Shown here: one piece after another, positions 24,618 to 35,460 of the stretch
Position numbering within the stretch: position 1 is the stretch's first letter
Layout of the letters: each line of letters starts with the position of its first letter
Assembly: GCA_964016885.1 (NCBI GenBank)
Contig: OZ024742.1
Coordinates: 295,492,001 to 295,556,000, forward strand
Direction: 5' to 3'
DNA from: Eledone cirrhosa
Lineage: Eukaryota
Length of the DNA stretch: 64,000 bases
Position numbers and translations under genes: made by a program
Notes under the pieces: generated by a model
Databases searched by the model: none
What the model was told of the DNA's origin: nothing
Seen by the model: only the letters and a program-made list of their open reading frames with translations

Positions 24618-26585
24618 TAGTTGCTGAGATGCTGAAAGCCTCTGGAACGGTGGGACACACCATGGTCTCCCGGATAGTAAACCAAGTCATACAGAATGGG
24701 GTTGTTCCGAAAGACTGGCGGAGCAGCATCATCATTAACTGCTACAAGGGTAAAGGAGATGCCCTAGATAGGTGTAACTATAGAGGCATTAAATTAATCG
24801 ACCAGGTCATGAAGGTCACGGAAAAAGTAATAGTGCAACTAATCAGAGAGAGAATTGATCTAGATGAAATGCAGTTCGGGTTTGTGTCAGGTAAAAGTAC
24901 CACAGACGCTCTTTTCATTGTACGACAACTACAGGAAAAGTACCTAGCTAAAAGTAAACCCCTATACTTAGCTTTTGTTGACTTGGAGAAAGCCTTCGAC
25001 AGACTCCCCCGTTCCATTATCTGGTGGACTCTTAGAAAACTAGGTGTTGACGAATGGCTTGTCAGAGCTATACAAGCCATGTATAAAGAAACAGTCAGCA
25101 AGGTTAGAATTAACAATAAATATAGTGAAGAGTTTAGCGTAAAAGTTGGTGTCCAACAGGGCTCTGTTCTTAGCCCCCTACTATTTATTATTGCCCTTCA
25201 GGCTATAACAGAGGAGTTCAAGACCGGCTGCCCATGGGAACTCCTATACGCAGATGATCTAACGCTCATAGCTGAATCAATGACCGAGCTAGAGAAGAAA
25301 TTCCAAACATGGAAGCACGGCCTAGAATCAAAAGGCCTTAAAATAAACCTGGCTAAGACTAAAGTTCTAGTTTGTAAGAAAGAAAATAAGGCGTCGGTCC
25401 CTTCCGGGAAATGGCCATGCTCAGTGTGTAGGAAAGGCGTAGGTAGAAACTCCATTTTATGTCCCAAATGCAAAGTATGGGTGCATAAAAGATGTAGTGG
25501 GATCACAGGTAAGCTAACTAAGAACATAGATTTTACATGTGGCCGGTGCTCTGGTGCAATAAGTAGCAGCAAGTGCCCACAAAATACTAGCTCTTTCAAT
25601 TGCGCAGAGGGTTCTATAGAAATAGTGGACAGCTTCCGTTACTTGGGCGACAAAATCAGCAGTGGGGGAGGTTGCTCTGAAAGTACAGTAGCTAGAGTCA
25701 GAACTGGTTGGAAAAAGTTCAGAGAGCTTATACCACTATTAGCCGCTAAAGGGTTCTCTCTAAAAATGAAAAGCAGGCTGTATGATGCCTGCATACGAAC
25801 AGCAATGCTGCATGGCAGTGAGACCTGGGCATTGTGTACCGAGGATATACGCAGACTAGAGAGGAACGAAGCTTGCATGCTCCGCTGGATGTGTAATAGT
25901 AACATACGTGAACGGCAAAGCATAAGCGAACTAAGGAAGAAATTAGAAATAAGAGGGATCAGATGTTGTTTACTCGAGAGAAGGCTACGTTGGTATGGTC
26001 ACGTGATGCGCATGAAATACGACAGCTGTATAACAAAGTGCAGGGCAATAAAGATAGTCGGTAGCTACGGAGTAGGCAGACCCAGAAAAACCTGGGACGA
26101 GCTGATAAATTCTGACCTCACACACTTACACCTCTCCAAGACAATGTCACTGGACCGAGACCTTTGGTGGTACTCAGTAATAGAGAAGACCCGCCTTACC
26201 TAAATACAAAGTAAAACCTACTACAGCCAGTAGGCATCTCTAACAAAATACCCCCCCCCCCCCATCCACACCGCCCCTTCAATGTAAAGTTATGTTGGTG
26301 CCACAACATCCAGGCCGAAACAAATGAGATCGTGTAGGTGTCACGACAAAACAAAACACACAGTCCATGCTGTAATGTGGCCGTGTAGGCAACACGGTAA
26401 AAACCTCCCAGCCCCACACTGTAAATGTGGTTGGTGTTAGGAAGGGCATCCAGCTGTAGAAAACCCGCCAGATAGTTCTATGCGAGCAAGACAATCACTC
26501 TTGCCTCAAGTGGGAAAATTCCCGTCCAAACCCATGCAAGCGTGGAACACGGACGTTAAACGTTGATGATGATGATGATGATGAT
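24618..26585 (+). mobile_element. RTE LINE family A, 5'-truncated, open RT ORF (24629-26203)
   Basis: 524 aa: [41 protein letters not shown]-like finger, [14 protein letters not shown]; 3' UTR and (GAT)n tail. Confidence 0.97.
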
Positions 26586-26590
26586 ATATA

Positions 26591-27897
26591 CAGGGTGTGG
26601 ACGATATTTGTTCGCAATTTTCAACTGCTAATTTTATGCAAATTTTTTTAACTTCCATTGTCACTCTTGTCTTCATAAAAACAGTGACTATATTTCCGTT
26701 ATTTATTTTCAGGATAATTGATTATGAATAATTTTGAACCTCCAAATTTGTGGAAGAGATTCGGAGTTCTTCTTGGAATCCACGCCGGGAGGACAAATAA
26801 GGAAATTTCAGACTTTCTCAGCATCAGCAGGAGAATGGTGGAAAAGATCAGAAAGGAATTGGAAGATTCAGGATTCGACTACAAAGCAACATCAGAGAGG
26901 AAAACACATGATCAACGATCTGATGCCTTCAGAACCCCCGAGTTCGTCGCTGAAGTTCGGGATATCATCAACAATGAACCCAGCAAGTCGATGCGTGCCA
27001 TTGCAAGGGAGAAAGGCGTGGATGAAAAGCTCATTAGGCTGATGGTACATGAAGACATTCGCTACGTTTCATACAAGATGAGGAAAGGACAATTTCTGTG
27101 AAAGGCGATGCAAGAAAAGCGACTGAAGCACGCAAAGAAACTGATTAACAAGTTGAAACACCCACTGGAGCCAGACATACTGTGGTTTTCCTCCAACGAG
27201 AAAATCTTCTGCCAAGACCAGAAGAACAACTCCCAGAACAACAGGTGGCTCGCTGTCTCATCCAAAGACGTGCCCAGAGTCATGCAGACAAAGTTTCTAG
27301 CGACAACATTGGTCTTGGGTGTCGTCAGCACTCAAGGTGACGCCATGCCACCTCACTTCTTCCCTGAGGGCCTCAAGCTGAACACCGATGGCTACATCTG
27401 CATTCTGAGCGAGGTAGTAAAGCCCTGGATCGACCAGGTAGCTGCAGGTAGGCCGTACGTGTGGAAGCAAGACTCAGCGCCCTGCCATACCAGCCGAAAG
27501 ACCCAAGCCTGGCTGTCAGAGAACTTTGTCGACCACACTTCACCTGACATCTGGCCTCCCAGCTCGCCTGACTGCAACCCCCTCGACTTCTTTGTGTGAG
27601 GCGCAGTGGAACGAGACACCAACAGATCTAGCTGCAATACGAAAGACGATCTGAAGGTCAGGATCACAAGTGCCTTTAGGGGCCTAAGTCGGGTGACAGT
27701 GACGAAGGCCTGTAGCTGGTTCCGAGGCCGCCTTGAGGCCGTCATCAAAGCCAATGGCGGGTTTATCGAGTGAGATCAAAAGAACAAGTCATGAAGACAA
27801 ACTGACCCAAGTTTGATAAATATATCTTAAAAAATAAAATTACTGTGTTATTTTTTCCTAGACAGTAATCTTGCAAACAAATATCGTCCGCACCCTG
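26591..27897 (+). mobile_element. Complete Tc1/mariner DNA transposon, DD37D (maT) family
   Basis: TA|cagggtgtggacgatatttgttcgcaa ... ttgcaaacaaatatcgtccgcaccctg|TA (27-bp TIRs, 2 mismatches); 37 residues between QDSAPCH and WPPSSPDCNPLD aspartates. Confidence 0.95.
26724..27773 (+). pseudogene. maT transposase pseudogene
   Basis: ORFs 26718-27101 and 27108-27599 are in the same frame with premature TGAs at 27099 and 27597; first catalytic D appears as N (FSSNEK); natural end ..KANGGFIE* at 27773. Confidence 0.9.
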
Positions 27898-28034
27898 TAT
27901 ATACATATTTAAGTATATATATATATGTATATATATATATATACATATATGAGTATATATACACTATCCAGAGAACCTTCAACCATCAAGGTTGTTTTTC
28001 TACAGGTATGTCAACATTTATAAAACAAATTTTG

Positions 28035-28100
28035 TATTTTATCTGATGAAAGCGCACCAAAATTTGCCTTGGTTGCCCTTGAAATATATATAATAAAATA
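28035..28100 (+). ncRNA. Minimal type I hammerhead ribozyme motif (insert about 27961-28233)
   Basis: tattttat CTGATGA aag-c-gca-ccaa-aatttgcc-ttgg-t-tgc-c-ctt GAAA tatata TA ataaaata; perfect 8-bp stem I; palindromic stem III (AUAUAUAU). Confidence 0.8.
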
Positions 28101-28265
28101 ATTATGATTTTATAAATATAGTTTCCATTTATTAATATATGGAATATTTACTCCAGTATCTCTTGAGTACTTCATATCAGTTATAAAACTTTTAAGCTTG
28201 TTGAATCCCAACAAATTAAATATAACTTTTGCATAAGTATATATATATATATATATATATATAAG

Positions 28266-28301
<36 letters not shown>

Positions 28302-28329
28302 AGTATATATATATATATACATATATACT

Positions 28330-28361
<32 letters not shown>

Positions 28362-28372
28362 TATAACTATAC

Positions 28373-28421
<49 letters not shown>

Positions 28422-28446
28422 CATATATACATATATAACTATATAT

Positions 28447-29904
28447 TTAATCGACCAGGTCATGAAGGTCACGGAAAAAGTAATAGCGCAACTAATCAGA
28501 GAGAGAATTGATCTAGATGAAATGCAGTTCGGGTTTGTGTCAGGCAAAAGTACCACAGACGCTCTTTTCATTGTACGACAACTACAGGAGAAGTACCTAG
28601 CTAAAAGTAAACCCCTATACTTAGCTTTCGTCGACTTGGTGAAAGCCTTCGACAGAGTCCCCCGTTCCATTATCTGGTGGGCTTTTAGAAAACTAGGTGT
28701 TGATGAATGGCTTGTGAGAGCTATTCAAGCCATGTATAAAGAAACAGTCAGCAAGGTTAGAATTAACAACGAATATAGTGAAGAGTTTAGCGTAAAAGTT
28801 GGTGTTCATCAGGGCTCTGTTCTTAGCCCCCTACTATTTATTATTGCCCTCCAGGCTATAACAGTGGAGTTCAAGACCGGCTGCCCATGGGAACTCCTAT
28901 ACGCAGATGATCTAACGCTCATAGCTGAATCAATGGCCGAGCTAGAGAAGAAATTCCAAACATGGAAGCACGGCCTAGAATCAAAAGGCCTTAAAATTAA
29001 CCTGGCTAAGACTAAAGTTCTAGTTTGTAAGAAAGAAAATAAGGCGGCGGTCCCCTCCGGGAAGTGGCCATGCTCAGTGTGTAGGAAAGGCGTAGGTAGA
29101 AACTCCATTTTGTGTCCCAAATGCAAAGTATGGGTGCATAAAAGATGTAGTGGGATCACAGGTAAGCTAACTAAGAACATAGATTTTACATGTGGCCGGT
29201 GCTCTGGGGCAATAAGTAGCAGCAAGTGCCCATTAAATACTAGCTCTTTCAACTGCGCAGAGGGTTCTATAGAAATAGTGGACAGCTTCCGTTACCTGGG
29301 TGACAAAATCAGCAGTGGGGGAGGGTGCTCTGAAAGTACAGTAGCTAGAGTCAGAACTGGATGGAAAAAGTTCAGAGAGCTTATACCACTATTAGCTGCT
29401 AAAGGGTTCTTCCTAAAAATGAAAGGCAGGTTGTACGATGCCTGCATACGAACAGCAATGTTGCATGGCAGTGAGACCTGGGCATTGTGTGCAGAGGATA
29501 TACGCAGACTAGAGAGAAACGAAGCTTGCCTGCTCCGCTGGATGTGTAATAGTAATATACGTGAACGGCAAAGCATAAACGAACTAAGGAAAAAATTAGA
29601 AATAAGAGGGATCAGATGTTGTTTACTCGAGAGAAGGCTACGTTGGTATGGTCACGTGATGCGCATGAAGGACGATAGCTGTATAACAAAGTGCAGGGCA
29701 ATAAAGATAGACGGTAGCCACGGAATAGGCAGACCCAGAAAAACCTGGGACGAGCTGCTAAATTCCGACCTCACACACTTACACCTCACCAAGACAATGT
29801 CACTGGACCGAGAGCTTTGGCGGTACTCAGTAATAGAGAAGACCCGCCTTACCTAAATACAAAGTAAAACCTACTACAGTCAGTAGGCATCTCTAACAAA
29901 ATAC
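28447..29904 (+). mobile_element. RTE LINE family A, truncated at both ends
   Basis: ORF 28462-29856 (464 aa) is highly similar to 24629-26203; the 3' UTR is cut after about 48 nt. Confidence 0.96.
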
Positions 29905-30322
29905 AGAATGTTGAGAAGCCAGAGGGGATCACTAATGTAGGCGGGAAGCCGCTGGAATTGGTTGAGGACTTCCTGTATTTGGGAGCAAAGATTGGGAATA
30001 CGGAAGATGATGTGGTTGAGAGGAAGAGCAAGGCCTGGGCGGCGTGTCACAGCTTGAGATCGGTGTGGAAGTCGGACCTTCGTAGAGACCTGAAAATCCG
30101 CCTCTTCATTGCTGTAGTGGAGTCTGTGCTGCTGTATGGGTCTGAGACTTGGACACTGACCAAGAGACTCACTCAGATGGTGGATGGGTGCTACACGAGA
30201 ATGCTGAGGATGGCTCTGAACATTAATCAGTATACACTGAGGATGAAAAACTCAGAGCTGTATGGGAGCATCCCAAAAGTCAGCTCAAAAGTGACACAGA
30301 GGAGACTGAGGTTGGCTGGACA
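29905..30322 (+). mobile_element. Fragment of a different RTE-like LINE family
   Basis: VEDFLYLG..SVLLYGSETWTLTK..RMLR..RRLRLAGH; divergent from families A-C. Confidence 0.85.
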
Positions 30323-30335
30323 TATATATATATAC

Positions 30336-30418
<83 letters not shown>

Positions 30419-30430
30419 GATAATATACAT

Positions 30431-32455
30431 ATCATCATCATCATCATTTTATGTCCGCTTTTCCCTGCTTGCAAGGGTGGAACGGGTCTTATTCAGCACA
30501 GCATCTCTCCACTTATCACAGTCCTTCGTCATCTCCACCGTGAGCTTCAGCGATCTGAGGTCTGCTCTTCCCACCCCCGCCCATGTTTGTCGTGGTCTAC
30601 CTCTACTGCGTCTTCCTTGAACTGGCATTTCTTGGTTCTTCTTCACCCATCGGTCATCCTCCATGCGCATCACATGTCCATACCACCTCAGTCTCCTCTC
30701 CTGTACACTACATTCTATCCCTCTCAGACACAGTTTCTCTCTCAACACATCCATGCTCGGTCATTCACAACTTTGATATTGTATATCCAATGGAGCATGT
30801 TTGCCTCATTTCTCTCCAGCCGTCGCATATCCTCTGCACTTGCTGCCCATGTCTCACTACCATACAGCATCGCACACCTCACCCAGGCATCATATAACCG
30901 GCCTTTTGTACGCAGGGAGAAACCCTTCTTCATCAGTAGAGGAAGCAGCTCCCTAAACCTCTTCCAACCCATCCTTATTCTAGATACTATGGCATCGGAA
31001 CCCCCCCCCCCCTCCCATGCTAATCTGATCACCTAGGTACCGGAAGCTATCAACCACTTCTATAGCACCCACCTGCATTTGAAAAATGTGTCTATCAATG
31101 CGACTTCTACTGTCAAATTTCCCTGTACATCTACTGCATACGTATTTCTCCCTACCTGTTAGTTTGCCTGCTATCCCCCTACATCTCTTGTGTACATTTT
31201 ATAGATTTTATGCCAGTTCCTTTTCTGCATATCGAACATAGCCATTTCCCTGATGGAATCAGAGTTTTGTCCTCTTTTCTACTTATCAACACTTTCGTCT
31301 TAGCTAGGTTCACTCTCAGTCCTCTTGCTTCCAACTGCTGTTTCCATAGTCAGAATTTATTCTCTAACTCCTCTACTGATTCTGCTATAAGAACCAGATC
31401 GTCAGCATAGAGAAGTTCCCATGGGCAGCCAGTCTTAAACTCCTCTGTTATGGCTTGGAGGACTATAATGAACAAGAACGGGCTGAGGACTGAACCCTGA
31501 TGTACTCCTATTTGTATCTCGAATTCCTCACTAAACTCCATTCCTACCCTCATTTTAATGATAGCAGCCCTGTACAAAGTTTGCACTGTCCTTACAAGCC
31601 ATTCCTCAACACCTAGTTTCCTTAGGGACCAGTAGATGACAGATCAGGGTACCCTAACAAAAGCCTTCTCTAGGTCAACAAAAGCTAAGTATAGTGGCTT
31701 ATTCTTCTCTAAGAATCTCTCTTGTAATTGTCTCACCAAGAAGAGGGCATCTGTTGTACTCTTCCCAGGCACAAAACCAAACTGCATCTCATCTAGTTTG
31801 ACGCTTTCTCTAATATCCTTTCTGCCACTTTCATAACCTGATCCATCAGTTTTATACCCCTATAATTGCTCCTCTCCAGAGCATCCCCTTTACCTTTGTA
31901 GGAATTTATGAGAATGCTGCTGCACGAGTCTTTGGGTATGACACCACCATATATAGCCTGATTGATGATGTGTGCAGCCAGTTTAGTGCCTATGTTCCCT
32001 GACACCTTCAGCATCTCAGCAACTATCCCTGACAGTCCAGCAGCCTTACCATTTTTCATTTCCTTAATCGCCTCTTAGACCCTATATTCCTCAATCTCAA
32101 TAGCTAGCCCCTCTGTCGGATCTACTGAGGGTAATTTCACTCTCTCCCATTCGTTCTCCACATTCATCAGTCTCTCATAGTGACATTTCCAGGCCACCTT
32201 TTTCTGATCATTCGTGACACTAAGTACACCGGCATCATTCTGGACACATTTATCTCCAACAACATCCAGATTTGCATTGACACACTGCCTTGCAATGTGG
32301 AACACCACACATCTCTAATCTTCCCGTCGCAAAACATTGGCAAACATCCTATTCTCAGCCTCCCTGCGTGCTGAGTACACCTGACGTCCAGCTTCCCTTT
32401 AAGCATCTGTATATCCTTTTCTACTCCCCCCCCCCTTTTCCCAAGCATTCCATGC
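30431..32455 (-). mobile_element. RTE LINE family C, decayed with frameshifts
   Basis: Fragmented ORFs covering [27 protein letters not shown] and RRLRWYGHV; 3' end homologous to the 16541 copy. Confidence 0.93.
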
Positions 32456-32483
32456 TATATAAGTATATATATATATACATATA

Positions 32484-32759
32484 TAGGCGTGTGGCTGAGT
32501 TGTTAGAGAATTGGATTCGCAATCATAAGGTTGTGAGTTCGATTCCTGGACCAGGCGATGCGTTATGTCCTTGAGCAAGACACTTTATTTCACGTTGCTC
32601 CTTCTACCTGGAGTTGCGACCGATAGATAGTATTAGCAATTGGAAAGACCAACGGAAACATTGTTCCCTCGGTCCGATTTGACGAAAGTCGATCGTTCCT
32701 CATATATATAAACCCTTGCAAGCAGGGAAAAAGCGGATGTAAAATGAAATGATGATGAT
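32484..32759 (+). mobile_element. tRNA-derived SINE (family 2) followed by an RTE-C-type tail
   Basis: gtggctgagttgttag..gagttcgattcc..ccttgagcaagacacttta; ends cccttgcaagcagggaaaaagcggatgtaaaa..(gat)n. Confidence 0.8.
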
Positions 32760-32823
32760 AAGTATATATATTGAATCTATTTCTGGCGCGATCGCTTTGG
32801 AAAATTAACTGTCCTATTGAGTT

Positions 32824-32902
32824 TGTCTCCTGATGAGTTCGATACTCGAGATTTATCCTTAACAGGATATCTCCAAATACGAACGAAACCATGGTAGAGA
32901 TG
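32824..32902 (+). ncRNA. Minimal type I hammerhead ribozyme motif (insert about 32770-33185)
   Basis: tgtctc CTGATGA gttcg..(gaga/tctc, tatcct/aggata)..cgaac GAAA ccatgg TA gagatg; canonical G-C at the base of stem II; palindromic stem III ACCAUGGU. Confidence 0.88.
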
Positions 32903-33446
32903 TAATTGCGGTATGTGCACATTTCTTCTAACTTTAAATTTGTACCTAATTGTGTATGGTTGACGGAAAATTTGGTCAGTTTCTACATGCTGTTGAAATG
33001 TTGGGTAAATACTCTATTGTGGTCAACCGTGAAGAGGCTGCTTTCAGTTATTTATCAAATATTCCTTCATAGGAGCCTTTATTCTTATAGCCTGGTCTAA
33101 TTGATTTTTTGTATGGTTAATTATGCTAATTGGGAGAGCAAATTGTATATATTTTATCTAATAATTCTAAGGACATGATTTATGATATATATAAGTATAT
33201 ATATATATATATAAGTATATATATACATATATATATATAAGTATTTATATACATATATATATATATAAGTATATATATATATACATATATATATATATAA
33301 GTATATATATATACATACATATATATATATATAAGTATATATATACATACATATATATATAAGTATATATATATACATACATATATATATAAGTATATAT
33401 ATATATATACATACATATATATATAAGTATATATATACATACATAT

Positions 33447-34088
33447 CATAATCATCATCATCACCGTTTTACGTCCGTTCTTCCACGCTAGCATGGGTTA
33501 GACGGGTTGTCCTGTTGTGGGCAGTGTCTGGTCGGCTGACCATGCCTTGCTCATACAGGAACTGATCTGGCTTGATTTCTACAGCTGGATGCCCTTCCTA
33601 ACACCAACCTCATTTACAGTGAGTGCTGGGTGCTTTTTCCTGGCGCCTACACGTCCACTTTACAGTGTGGGCTGGGTGCTTTTTTGCCGTGGCACCTCCA
33701 CGACCACCTTGCGGTGGGGGGGGGGGGGCATATTGTTTATATGCTTCAGCATGTACCCATGGGAGTTCGGGTACCCTGTATTACTGCGTGACGCCAGAAG
33801 TCACGGTCGTGTGTCATTGACTTTGAGAGGTGTAGTTGGGTAAGGTCGGCTTTTATCACCTCATCCCAAGTCATCTTGGGTCTCCCCACTCCGCGGTTTC
33901 CATCAACTTCTAGTGCTCTGCACCTTTTTATGCAGCTGTCATCCTTCATACGCATCACATGTCCATACCAGCGTAACCGCCTCTCCTGCACGCAGCATGT
34001 TTCAGGGCTCGTCTAGTTCTGACCATGAGGTCGCTGACAACTAAGCTATGTTGGGATGTACATTCCTCACTAGGGAAAGCTTTTGTGT
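33447..34088 (-). mobile_element. RTE LINE family B copy with ~2-kb internal deletion
   Basis: 33447-33997 is the reverse complement of the family B 3' end; 33998-34088 matches the endonuclease C-terminus (36521-36610) in the same orientation. Confidence 0.9.
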
Positions 34089-34107
34089 ATACTTATATAT
34101 ATATATA

Positions 34108-34164
<57 letters not shown>

Positions 34165-34493
34165 AAATTTAGCGAGAATCGCATTTCGGCGGGTAGAAAT
34201 TAGCAAAACGCAACTTCCGTATTGTGCAGACAAGCGCTCCATGGATATGAAGAATATACCAGAGCTATAAACATAAGTTAAAATGGTCATACACGGTGAG
34301 ACGATGGTTAAGAAGCCATTAACCACCTTAGCCAAAAAAGCGAACAGGCTAAACGGGTCAAACAAAATGAGATATGATTGAGATAGTTACCCGGACCCTC
34401 GGAGAACATATATGTATATATATATATATACTTCTATATATATATATATATATACTTATCTATATATATATATATATATACTTATCTATATAT

Positions 34494-35270
34494 ATCATCA
34501 TCATCATCATCATCATCGTTTAACGTCCGTGTTCCACGCATGCATGGGTTTGGACGGGAGTTTTCCCACTTGAGGCTAGAGTGATTGTCTTGCTTGTGTA
34601 GGACTGTCTGGTGGGTTTTCTACAGTTGGATGCCCTTCCTAACACCAACCACATTTACAGTGTGGGGCTGGGAGGTTTTTACCATGTTGCCTACACGGCC
34701 ACATTACAGCGTGGACTGTGTGTTTTTTTGTCATGACCCCTACACGATCTCATTTGTTTCGGCCTGGAAGTTGTGGCACCAACATAACTTTACATTGAAA
34801 GGGGCGGTGTGGATGGGGTGGGGGTGGTGGGATGGGGTGTATTTTGTTAGAGATGTCTAGTGACTGTAGTAGGTTTTACTTTGTATTTAGGTAAGGCGGG
34901 TCTTCTCTGTTACTGAGTACCGCCAACGGTCTCGGTCCAGTGACATTGTCTTGGAGAGGTGTAAGTGTGTGAGGTCAGAATTTATCAGCTTGTCCCAGGT
35001 TTTTCTGGGTCTGCCTACTCCGTGGCTACCGTCTATCTTTATTGCCCTGCACTTTGTTATACAGCTGTCGACTTTCATGCGCATCACGTGACCATACCAA
35101 CGTAGCCTTCTCTCGAGTAAACAACATCTGATCCCTCTTATTTCTAATTTTTTCCTTAGTTCGTTTATGCTTTGCTGTTCACGTATATTACTATTGCACA
35201 TCCAGCGGAGCATGCAAGCTTCGTTCCTCTCTAGTCTGTGTATATCCTCTGCACACAATGCCCAGTCTCA
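34494..35270 (-). mobile_element. RTE LINE family A, 3' fragment
   Basis: ORF 34887-35258, 3' UTR and (GAT)n tail. Confidence 0.93.
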
Positions 35271-35460
35271 TATATATATATATGTATATATATACTTATA
35301 TATATATGTATGTATATATATATATACTTATATATATATGTATGTATATATATATACTTATATATCCTCTGCACACTTAGTAGTTATATACTTAGTAGTT
35401 ATATACTTAGTAGTTATATACTTATATATATATCCTCTGCACTCTTAGTAGTTTTTTCAT

